Source of the DNA: Rhina ancylostomus
Taxonomy: Eukaryota
DNA length: 64,000 nt
Direction of reading: 5' to 3'
Assembly (NCBI GenBank): GCA_030265395.1
Contig: JARFYF010000017.1
Span: forward strand, 19,526,768-19,590,767
Shown here: positions 11,996 to 23,499 of the stretch, one piece after another
Numbering within the stretch: the first letter of the stretch is position 1
Layout: every line of letters begins with the position of its first letter
Program-made: the position numbers and the translations under genes
Notes under the pieces: model-generated
Database searches by the model: none
Seen by the model: the letters and a program-made list of their open reading frames with translations, nothing else
What the model was told of the DNA's origin: nothing

Positions 11996-14900
11996 GTAAT
12001 AAAGCATACCATTTTTTTGATTGTTTGACACAAATGTTATGCAATAGTAATTGAATTCCTGTTAAAGGGTAAAACCCTTTTCTTGAATAGATTGTTTCAG
12101 TTCAATAATTTGTTCCTATTAACCATGTTACATGTATGGTACACAGACAGGCCTGCTCACTGTCTACTGTATTATATTTACTTCCTTTAGATATTGGATA
12201 GATTTTTCCAACCCCTCTCTGATATTTTCTGCTTGTTAAAAAGCAGAATTTTCTGAGGTTTAAATTACCTTGAAGATACAATGACAAGCAGATTTTAGTT
12301 TTGAATATAAGATTGTATAGATGTTTTGTAAGCTTAGCCTGAGAGCTATTAGCATTACATGCCACGATAGACAGTTGGCTACAATCTGTGCCAGGTTGAA
12401 GAACTCCAATCACTGACAGATTTAAAGCTGATGAATCTTCAGACTTCTGAAACCAAGATTCCACTTCACTGGTACCCACTGAACGCCAAGTTATAAGAGG
12501 ATCAAATTTTGTGTCTAATTGCTTGAATGCACTTTTGCCCTCGATTGCATCAAAACCATGGCAAGGTCAACTTTTATTTGGCATAGGGGAATTGGCTTTA
12601 TCAGAGCTCTAATTTGTATCGTAAAACCTGTCACAAAGATCTTCTAAGAAAGACCACCTAGCCTTGGTCCCAACAATAAAAAAGCAAGATAGGTTATGTA
12701 ACAAGGTATCTTGACCAAGCCTGCATGATCCATTCAAAAGCAGAACACAGAATTGCACTTGCTCATTTTGAGACAAAGCAAAGGCTGGGTAATTGCCTAG
12801 AGTTATTCCAGGTAAACTCATTACTTGGTTAATTACAGATGAAACCAACACAACTTTTCTTCTAGGAAACCAGTTTTAATGGGGAAGTGGCTTTGGTATA
12901 GAAAATAGTGAAGTTATCAATTGCAAATGGGAGCTTCTCAAAAACATTGTTGTGAAGAAGGAAGAATTTTGGCTGAGTTTAACTTTAAAAGTATTTACCA
13001 TATGTGATTACCCATTCACTGTCAGTGTACATCTGATTGCAGAGATGCTGACGCATTAGTGAGAAGTGTCATACTTTGCTGCAATTTAATCCAAAATGTA
13101 TCTGCATTCCTTGCTTTATTTCTGAGTTTTACATTGTATGTGTGAGCAGGGAAGCTACTAAATAACTGGAATGCTGTTAGTAGGACAATAAGTACCCCTT
13201 GCACAAGGGGTAGTGCTTAGCAAGAGTTGGAGAGGTTCTTTGAGGGAAGGAAAGATAATATTTCACATGGCCTGTGAAATTGATAAACAAAATACATAGA
13301 TGTTAACATATAAGATATTGATGGCCAGCATTGCACCTTGATATATTGGGTTGATCTTTATTATAAAACATTTCAAATTATGTCCTTTAAATTGTGCTGT
13401 TCTGAGCATCAGTAGCTCAAGCAATAGTGTTATGTCCCATCAAATAACTTCACATACTGTATGATATCGACCAAAGATCTCCTGAATATTTTCCCCCATC
13501 AGGATCTGTCCAGTTCCCTCTTTGTCTTCTGCATAACTTCCTAATGTTATCTTTCTCTCTTTAAGTAGAGATGTTGAAATTCAGTTTTTAAACACAGAAA
13601 ATAATGCTTTTCAAAATCACAGCAGTTTTCTTGTGAACTAGTATATTTCTAGGCCTATGTTTCTGGTTTGTGGCAAAGAACACAACAGAAGAGGAAAGCA
13701 AAGAAATAAGGAAGTGGAACTGAGCTCACAGTGAACATGCCTTCATCGATCCACAGAGCAACCAAAGGCCATGTGGTTAATCCGCTGAAAAACTTTCACT
13801 TCAGCCTCAGATAACCTGAAGGAGCCTAAAAGTTCTCCTTTTCATTCACCATATAGGATTTAAAATCCTATCAGCTAGAATTGCAAGAAGGTTGGCCACA
13901 GTTTCCCTCATATGATTTCCCTAAACCAATCTTTGTATTTACACAGGAGACTTGTTTTTTCTGTGGAAAAAGATCTATTTTTAACCTGTGAAAGACTATT
14001 TATTCCCCACTTTTGTAACTTGAACAGAAAGTCCATCAAATGAAGTAGAAATTACTATAATGTGATATATGTGCTATTGCAATGTAAACTTTTGTCATTG
14101 TTATAATGTTGAAGAACAGAATTAAATCTTTCTGGCCAGTGAAATAGTCATTTAGATTTTCTGCCATAGAAGTGCAGTCACATATTTTGGCCTCCAAAAT
14201 GTACAAATTTTGCAGCCAGTTTGTGTTGCTTGTTGCCAACCCTGCATTGTGGCACCAGCCTCGTATGTCTTTCTTTCTCTCTGGGCTCAGTGCTGGACCA
14301 AAGTTCTTTTAAGTCAACCATGATTCAGTCACTTCATGAAGTGACTGTCCTGCTTTAATGTTGCATGCAACTGTCCATCTGTCATTGCTGCCCCATGTAC
14401 TGTTACTCATTTATTGTGCTTTATAATATATTCATTTCTAGGCTTTGAATCTCTGTGTCCAATTCAAAAATATAAAATAAGCTGTGTATCTTAAAATGAA
14501 ATTATCTTGCCTCTTCTTTATGGGTTGGAAGTTTCAGAAGTTAGAGTAGGTGGTCAGGAGCTGGTATTTATACTTAGTCTGACACAAAAGTCGAGGTCTT
14601 AGCACTATTAGAAGTGCTTTTGCTAACCCATTGAATACATTTTCAAAACATCCAAAAGGTTTCTCACATTCCCCTCAGAGTTATTCCTGTACAAAGGTAC
14701 AGGAAAAGACTTCCTGAGTCATGTGCTGCACTGAAGTAGGCTCTATGCCAAATCCTATTTTAGTCTGTGGTACAGGTTACAAGTACTCAGGTGCAACAAA
14801 CATTGGCAAAGGGAAATGGGCCTAGGGCAAACAAAGGATAGGCAGAGAGCCACTTCCATTCAGGTGATTGCTCAGCTCTCAATAGTAAATGAAACAAGCC

Positions 14901-15016
14901 TGAGGCCCATCTTATCTGACAGCTTAACACAGAAACCGGTCCATAATCTACTGATAAATAGAAAATACAAATGAAACTTTAAAATGTCTTGGTGTACTCA
15001 GTATCAGCGCCTGGTT

Positions 15017-15071
15017 GTGTGTGTGTGTGTGTCTGTGTGTCTGTGTGTCTGTGTGTCTGTGTCTGTCTGTC
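15017..15071 (+). repeat. Compound microsatellite (GT)n/(GTGTGTCT)n/(GTCT)n
   Basis: Seen directly in the sequence. Confidence 0.95.
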
Positions 15072-15350
15072 ATTCTAGCTATCTATCAATCTGTCTTTTG
15101 ATCTTTTTACCTATTTATTTATCTAACTTTCTTTTCATGTTCTGATGTTGGCATGTTACTCAGAGTCAAGAATTTGGACCTATTTATTCCTGGTTTCTAT
15201 GTGTGAATAATGCATGAGAAATATTTTGTGCACGTTTGGAAATGTTTATGAGCTTATCCCATTGAAGTCCCATCCATTGAGAAATTGGACTGGGCACGTT
15301 CGATCTCAATTCACCAGGTTCAGGTGTGGTTTCTCCTTTGCATTTCACTC

Positions 15351-15840
15351 ACTGGGACACTGATTTTACATTCTCTGACTCCCATGTATTCATTTTCAGG
15401 TGCTGCCCTTATGCATAGAGGCAGCACTGAAAAATATCGCGACATCGTTGTACTGTGAACTTCAGTGCAAATTGCTGCACTATATGCCTTTGATGATTAG
15501 CACAGGTAATGTCTGGGTCACTCCATAGCATGGGGCTGGGGATCTTATGAGAGTCCAGTTTGTCATTCTTTCCCACCCCAGTTTACCCCTTCCATTGTTT
15601 TCCCCATTCCCTCCCAATTTTGTCCATTCCCCCCAGATACTCCACCTTTCCTCCACAGTGGCCTTGATGCTGTGAAATTTTACTGAGCTAAATGACTCCC
15701 CAGCAAACAGCTTGCAGATGACATGGTGGCAACAAAGTCTGTAGACAACTGCTGGCTTCATATGTGCAGGTCACCTTTCAACACCTCCAGATGACAGAAA
15801 AGAAACAAAAGTGATCTCTTAAAGCAAGGATGTCCCAATT
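15351..15840 (+). repeat. Unclassified ~490 bp element, copy A
   Basis: Colinear similarity to 17355-17836 at both ends (see findings). Confidence 0.65.
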
Positions 15841-16935
15841 TTACAGGGGTCTTTTTGTGACTCCTAATTTGGTGCTTCGACATATGGAGCAACTATTGAA
15901 TGTACTAATAGAGAGTGTAAACAATTTCTCAGCATAGTGTTTATTAAGTCCTCACTGGCAAACCTTGATTGTTAGGGGAATCCTGTGGAACTAATATAGC
16001 TTCTGGAGTAGTCTTCAGAAGTTCCTTTCTGGTGTGGGATAACTGTAATTCATTAATATTCATTGCTCATTAAAATGTAAGTACAATGATGATTTACAGT
16101 CTGACCACATTTGTTAAGGTAAATTGAACAAGTATATTGGCTAAATAAGTCCCATCTACAATAGAAATGACACTGGTATCTGTTGAATATTTTGTAGATT
16201 AATGAGAACTTCTGAAATAAAGTTAATTTTAACGAGAAATTTGTTTAATAGTGTTGGTTAAAACACAACATCATTCTAGCACTAAATCAAAGTACTCCTT
16301 TGGACTAAGGAAAAGTCAGTTGCTGGTTTGATTACATGAAATGTTTTTAAACTTGTGATATATTATCATTTTTACACTTGTCACTTCATATTGGTTTTAT
16401 ATGAACAATGCTGGGTATCTCTCAACCAGTGAATTGTTTGCATTCAAGTGATGCATCATTTGGTTTTGTTCAGTAGCCATCTTTATTTGAATTTTTTAAG
16501 AACCCTGCTGTCATTTCGAGCACTTACACAAAGTTGTGAATAAAAGTGTTCTTTTTTAAAACAAGCTTAATTTAACTACATGGCAAATTGGGGTCAGAAG
16601 AAGTATTTCCCTAGATGTTGGCATTGAACTATTATTAACCTTGTATTGGCTACAGAAAGAAATTGAGAGATAATGGTGCATTAGGTACCATTTCGTTCAT
16701 TTCATGAGTCTCTCATATCCATTGTACAGTTTGGTGTAAATTGTACTTAAAAGGCTTTAAAATTTACAAAGTTGAGCAATATTTACCATCTGTTATGTTA
16801 GTTTAACTTTTCCAAGTGTGTTTTTATAAGTTGTAGAATGAACAGGTTAGTAATGGGATCATTTTTCTGTCATATCTTGTGCTAGGGTTGATGTTATCAA
16901 TATGATTGGCATGTGTTTCTGACTTACCAACAGTA

Positions 16936-17253
16936 CAGGGCCTCCCCAGGTTATGAATGGCCTGGCTTATGAAAGTCTGACTTTATGAAAATTCCCTCAT
17001 ATACATTTTAAGCATTATTCAAACTAGCAATATTAATAATAAAATGTTTCATGCCATTCATTAACGACTGGATGCTGTATATCTTCCATTAGTTTAATTA
17101 TGGGTAGTGTTAGGGTAATTATTAAATTAAATTAAAGAATTATGTGGGATGATACGATGTGGTAGCTATAGAAAACAGATATTTCTGACATGGAAAAATT
17201 GGCTTATGGACAGTTCTGAGGGACAGCACCCTTATGTAACCTGAAGACTGTTG
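16936..17253. mobile_element. Tigger/pogo-like (Tc1/mariner) MITE relic
   Basis: TA at 16934-35 and 17254-55 flanks degenerate TIRs 'cagggcctccccaggttatgaa' and 'tatgtaacctgaagactgttg'. There are subterminal 'ggcttatg' repeats and an AT-rich non-coding interior. Confidence 0.6.
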
Positions 17254-17354
17254 TAATTCAGTATGAAGGTGCACAACCTTTGTCGTTTACTTGTTATTGA
17301 ACAGGGAGCACAACATGCAGCAAGTTGGGAACTCTGCATGACTTAAAGGGTCCC

Positions 17355-17836
17355 TGCTGGACTGCTTTTATTTTCACTGACTCCCCAGTGTTGATTTTAA
17401 GGTGCTGCCTTTTGCAGGCAGGCAGCATGAACAAAGCTCACAGCACCTGTGAATTAGCTAGTACAGTCTGTGGTCATGTTGAATTCTGTGGTAGCGGCTG
17501 GATCCTGGCCGAGCACCTGATAGGTCTCATACCCATTAAACTGCACTGTTGAGCTCCTACCAGCCCTGATTCTTGCCTTGATGTCCACCATTCCCCCGTC
17601 ATTCTTCTGGCCTCCCCTCCCCTCACTCTGGTTTCCCTCATTGCCATGGTAGCCTGTGTGACTGCCCTGGAGAGTTCACCAGCAGTATTGCCTCGCTTCC
17701 CATCACAGCGTGCAAATGAGATGGCAACCTGGAGTTCCGGCAGTAGCTGTTGTGTGTGAGCACGCAGGCTGCTTCCTAATGCCTTTAAACTGGAGAAAAC
17801 CACAAGATGATTTCTTAAAGTGAGGATGTCCCAATC
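17355..17836 (+). repeat. Unclassified ~480 bp element, copy B
   Basis: Colinear similarity to 15351-15840. Confidence 0.65.
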
Positions 17837-17900
17837 ACACAATTTTTATTTTAAACAGCATCCATTTTGTGCACCTGTGGGTAAAATCCAACATCAAGGC

Positions 17901-18065
17901 AGAGATAAAAACAGAAAATGCTGGAATAGGGGTCATCAAAAGCTGAAAGGTCATCAAACTGAAACAATAATTCTTTTTCTTTCTCTGCACAGATGCTGCC
18001 TGAACTGCTGAGTATTTCCACCATTTTCTGTTCTGAATTTCAGATCACCAATATTTGCAGCTCTT
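17901..18065. mobile_element. Short inverted Penelope pLTR unit
   Basis: 'aacagaaaatgctggaata' pairs with 'tatttccaccattttctgtt'; internal 'cacagatgctgcctgaactgctgagtatttcc'. Confidence 0.75.
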
Positions 18066-18182
18066 TTTAACTTTTAAGCAAGGATATATAATTAGTAACA
18101 CAAGGTGAAGAAGGCAGAAAAGAAGCCACTTCTTCAGCTTAGTCTATACCATGTTATGGTGCAATCTGCTCATACTGGGTGT

Positions 18183-18213
18183 TCTCTCTCTCACTCTCTC
18201 TCTCTCTCTCTCT
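18183..18213 (+). repeat. (CT)n microsatellite
   Basis: Seen directly in the sequence. Confidence 0.9.
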
Positions 18214-18349
18214 AAAAATAGACATATATTTGAAAATTTAAGGTAAACTGTGGCAATTCTGGCTCCCAGGTGCAATCAGTAAACTCCAGAGATTATGAGA
18301 TTATGATTTCTTGTTTTAATTCATAGAACGTGGCCACCCCTCACGAAAA

Positions 18350-18600
18350 GAATATATTGGCCATCTCTAATTACCCTTGAGATGGTCAGCGGTCCTTATG
18401 TGAAGATATTTCCACAGTGCTATTGGTAGAGAGTTCCAGTATTCAGATATTCAAACCCAACAACAATGGCAGGAAGGTAATATATTTCTATGTCAGGAAG
18501 GAGAACTGGCAGATGGTGTTCCCATGCATCTGCTGCCCTTGTCCTTCTAGGTGGTGAGGTTGTGGGTTGAGGAGGTGCTGTCAGAAACTGTGGAAAATAG
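18350..18600 (-). mobile_element. 3' end of CR1/L2-group LINE (same family as 39055-40264)
   Basis: 'ccatctctaattacccttgaga...ggtgttcccatgcatctgctgcccttgtccttctaggtgg' is the reverse complement of the 40000-40215 region. Confidence 0.7.
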
Positions 18601-18909
18601 TTAGTACATATTGCAATGACAGAAGGAATTAATATTTCATATAATAACCTGTGTGGCGTTTGCTGTTTAGGGGATCTTACTCATTCAAGTACTAATGTAT
18701 ATCCATTCCTATAAATTGGAAACTTTAAGGAAAGTACAACAAAACAATTTCCATTAACTGATCAATATAAAAGCTCATTCAGCATTACATTATGACATCT
18801 GTGCCTAATTACACCATCTTCTTGCCCAACCCATTATTTCCATTGACACCCTTTCCTGACTCTTTTTGTTGAGCATCCTAACTAGACTAGTCTCTTAAAT
18901 ACCGTACCT

Positions 18910-19493
18910 GCAGGAATCAGGACAGAGGCAAAATATTCTGTGGTAAATGACCTGCCTTTTGGCTCCTCAAAGCCGGTCCACCATCTGCAAAAGTACAAGT
19001 CAGGAGTGTGATGGAGTACTTTCTCCTTGGCTGGATGAGAACAATTCCAAGGATACCCAAAAAATACCTGGATGAAGCAGTCCTTTTCATTGTCATTCAA
19101 ACCATCAACTGAAATATTCACTCCCTTCACGAATTGTGCACCATGTGAGCAAAGTGTGCTTTCCACTCCTGGTGAGCAGAACTCGCCTAGTGTTTTTTGA
19201 CAGGAAGTCTATCCTATAACCTCTCCCAATTAGAAAGGTGAGTCACAGGAATGCCACAATCTGCAGATTCCCCTTCAAGTCGTACACCACCCTGGGCTGG
19301 GCACTTATCACTGCTCCTTCTTTGTCACTGGATAAAATACTCAGACTAACTACACTACAGCACTGTTGGAATACCTACACCACAGCTACTGCAGCAATTC
19401 AAGAGCATCTATCACCATCTCAAGGTCAGTTATTGATAGCAGTCTGTTCTGTCCTTGTCAGTTTTGACCACATTCTATGAATAAAAAAATAAA
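18910..19493 (+). mobile_element. 3' part of CR1/L2-group LINE (same family as 39055-40264)
   Basis: 'caggagtgtgatggagtactttctccttggctggatgag', 'ctgcagattccccttcaagtcg' and tail 'ccttgtcag...atgaataaaaaa' match 39788-40264. Confidence 0.75.
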
Positions 19494-22400
19494 TGTTTTA
19501 TATATACTTGCTTCTTTGAACTTTTAGAGTCCTTTTACAGTGTTATTATATCTTCATGTGTCCCATCCTTCATACTTTAGAAAGCTGATGTGGATTCCCA
19601 TCTGTTTAAACAGAATACCAGTACATAATTAGTGTCTTTTAAGTTGTATGATTGTACTTTAAAGAAAGGATGCACCCACAAGCAGAATCAAACTTTTCCT
19701 ATACAGAGGAAGAATGGGAACTGATCAATGTACAGAACAAACTTGGATAAAAGACTTTTAATGCCTTACTAGGACAATCATAGTTCTGCATTGAATCTAG
19801 TATATGTGGAAAAAGCCCCTTTGTAAATAATTGCTCTATGTGGAAGCTGATTTAATTGAACTCTGATATTTAATTGAATGGTACTTAAGACACTATCTGC
19901 CTCCCGTTTGCCACTACATTCTTTAACAACTAGCAAAACTGAACCAGTAAATATGGGCTGACTTTGGAAACTCCTCTTCAAAGTGTAATCAGTTAAAAAT
20001 CTATTCTGGGGCTCTTCCTGATCTAAGTACTTTTTTGCAGCATTGAGACTTGAAATGTAGGACCTGGCAACTGAAATCTCCTCCACATCTACTATGAATT
20101 CAGAGAGGGACCTTAGCTGAGTCAAATCGAAGGTAGGATTGGTTTAACTTTTCCATATCCACCTTTAGANNNNNNNNNNNNNNNNNNNNNNNNNNAACAC
20201 CTAAAGGAGCACAAGATCTGTGAGGTTTTCAAAAATGGGATGTGACATCATTGTGTGTGTTAGGCATTGAAGTGATTCTCTTTAATATGCACAAACTTAA
20301 TCTCTAGGTCATTTGTAAGTGTCCATTTAACAGCAAAGCCGTACAGCATATCTACACCTTTTCTATTAGTTGAAGGCTCCGTATGGTGCAAGTTGCAGTG
20401 GTATAGTTAACTGCAGAAGTTTTAGGCATGTTTAATCATTTTAAAATCCTTTATCTCCTTGCTAATCTTCAGTCTACTTGATCCTTAAACAGTGAGTATT
20501 GTTTAAGGTGTCCTGACAGAATCAATTAGTTCTGGTGGTTCCCTTTCTACATTTTAGTGTCACTTACTAAATATGCATTATTTAATTTTTTTAATTGAAG
20601 TCATAAATGTCCAACTGAGTACTATTTGCTTACTTGTGAAATTGTTCTTATCTAAATGACTGGGGATCATTTTAATGCACTTTGCTATCAGATTGAGTTA
20701 AATTCTGTACAATTTTTGTTGTCCAGTACACAAATAATTCAACCTGATAGCAGTCTGTAGTTCAAACACAGCCAAGAAAATGAGGTGACTGATTTTTCTA
20801 TTTGATTTCTTCAATCCCATACCTTGTCTAATACAGAGAGGTGCCAAACCACATTCCAAACTTAGTCACTTCTAGTGTTATTAGTCATTATAGAGTTTTC
20901 ATTATTAGTCATATGCTATTTGTTTTGCAAAGGAATATATTCTTCCAGTACAGTGAGACTTCACTTTTCAAGCCACACCAGGGATTTCATTGCATCCTGG
21001 ATGAACTGGCTGCTGTATTGCATCATTTAACCAGTGTTTATTAGGACAATGTATCCTGTGCAAAGTGAAGATACAGACATATTGGGAAACTATATCAAAA
21101 TTTTAATAACATATCAGCCCATCACCAACTTCTGGTCCTTTTGGACTGAATCAAGTAAAAATCAGAGTACAAGAAAAATTGGACTATAATCACCCTGCAG
21201 TAACCTGCCATTTTCTCGAAGTGACTTTTAGCATTTTTGAAATTCTATTAATGTAAGGAACTATGAAAAAGATTTGTGAATCATTGATAAACCATGCGTC
21301 GTACTGCACCAAGTACAATAAAGAGCCAGGATCTTCACACGAGCATAGACAGTATCACCTTTGTGAAAGTGCACTCCAACTTGTACTGAAGATTCTTTCC
21401 TACTTCAGCTGCAACTAAGCTTTTAAACTAACCAACAATTGTGACCTTTGGCACCATGTAATAAGATATCCCAAGAAATATTTGGCTGAAAAGTTGGGTG
21501 TTGAGATCTTGCTGTACAAATTTACAGTTGAGCAGGTGATAAACCCAGTATTGTGAAGGTGTTAACTACAGGATACTGTCCTTGGCTTTCAGTTTCCTTT
21601 TTGTTTATTTCTATTAGGGAAGGACCTTTGTGTGTAACTGAAGCCAATGCAGCACCCTGACAATATAGTATAACAAAAAGCATAAAGAAAAAGGGTGACT
21701 TTTAATCCCATGCAGGTAACCAAATGCTGCAATCTATTATATTGGGAAAAATAGACTGATAATTATAGGCCTCTTTGTTCCTTCCCCTCTGTGTGTGTGT
21801 TTTTTTCTTGCCTCTGGTCTACCCTATTGTGAATATATACCTTATAATTATTCCCCATTAAGATGATACAAGACATTATTTTCTTCGGTGTGCATGGAAT
21901 TGGATCCCTTTAATGAATGGCTTTTAGAGTCAAGGCCGGAAAAATGCAGGAAACCTGGTCACCCGAGATGAGTGTGGCAAAGTAGGCAGCTCGCAGATCA
22001 GAACTAAGCCCCCAGGGACAAACTGGTTAGAGGCCACAAAGCTAAATCAGTGGGCTTCAAAGGACTCAGACCTGCTTTATTCAGGCAATCTCACTCTGGT
22101 GAACTGCAGTCCTTCAACTTGATCTTCTGAATCATTCACGTTCATTTCAGGAAATGTAGCTGCTGGCTTTTGTCACTACAAGGTACTGCACCTTGCTCGA
22201 TAAGAAAAGCAATACTCACAAATTTAAATAATTTTGCTGTTTTTTGCTTTCTTTTACTTCCAGATAGGTTTCATGTGGGGGCAGAAAAGCATATTTTATG
22301 GATCTGTGATAATCTGTAAATAATAGTAATTTTTAAAATGAAAATCCAGCCCACTGTGTCTCAATATATCTCTGCTCTGTTGGTGAATGCTTGGAACAAA

Positions 22401-23499
22401 ATTTTTCACAGGGTAGGCTCCTGAAGTCAGTCCAGCCTTCTCAGATAGCAGTACAACAGAGTGGGATGTTTGCTCTGATGGCAAACAAGGGCAGGGCTCA
22501 AATTACCTGCAAATTTTAACTCTTAGTAGTTGTTTCCTTAACCTGCATGACCCAAGACCTGGCATCAAGTTATCTTCTCACCATCTTTTTTGTGGCTCCT
22601 TGTGGCTCGAGTGAAATAAAATATAGCTATTTCGAAAGTAGTGATAAGTAAGACTCGAGAGGATCTTCCAATTGTCATTACAGCAAGTTTTATTACATTG
22701 AATATTTTTATAACATTCCCCTCATTAGCCTTGCTTACTTGAATACAGTGGCAGTATCTGACAAATTGTATCCAGTAGACTAGTTTTATTTGGTGATTTG
22801 GGAACCGTCTGAAATGATGTAAAAATCTCTTTTCTGGTAGCAGCGATTTACTGGTCATCGGGGCCTTTCTACCAAATCCATTATTGAGCATTTTTTTTAC
22901 TTTAGTAGAAATACTATAATTTTGTTTCTTCAAAATTCAGATCCATTTCGGTGGATCTAAGAGCAGCAATAAAACCTGTTGATCACTTGTGCAGAATAAG
23001 TGATGAGCAGCTTTTACTGGTAGTCTGATTCAGTATGGAGAGGAGTACAGTCCTCTTGAATTCCACCTCGATTAAGTTGCAGATTGACTTTTGACTAGCA
23101 AACCTGTTAAAAAGCTCAATATTTCATCATCATACGTGGAACAGAAATGCATGGGAAAATGAAGAATTTTCACTTTAACACACTGAAGTTGTTCATTTAA
23201 TTTTTGTTTAAAAAGGTCACATTAGTTAATATTTGAATTTACATGATTTTACAGTTTTGTAAGTGGAAAGATCATGGTCCTTGTTGTGTTTCCCATTGTG
23301 TTTACAGTATCCTCATTAACTTAAATTAGTTTTGTCATGCAAACTTTTTGCACTCAGACTATATTTAACCCTAAGGCCGCTAAATAAATGAGACTGAATG
23401 AGGTTAGCACAACAAAAATGTCACTTTAGGAGTTAAGATAAACTTAGATTATTTCAAGAATAGAGTCAGAGGAAGGAAAATGGTCAGAAGGCAAAATTA

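Noticed and set aside
22939-22958. UUCG-capped 8 bp hairpin
   Set aside because: Too short to exceed chance, with no supporting context.
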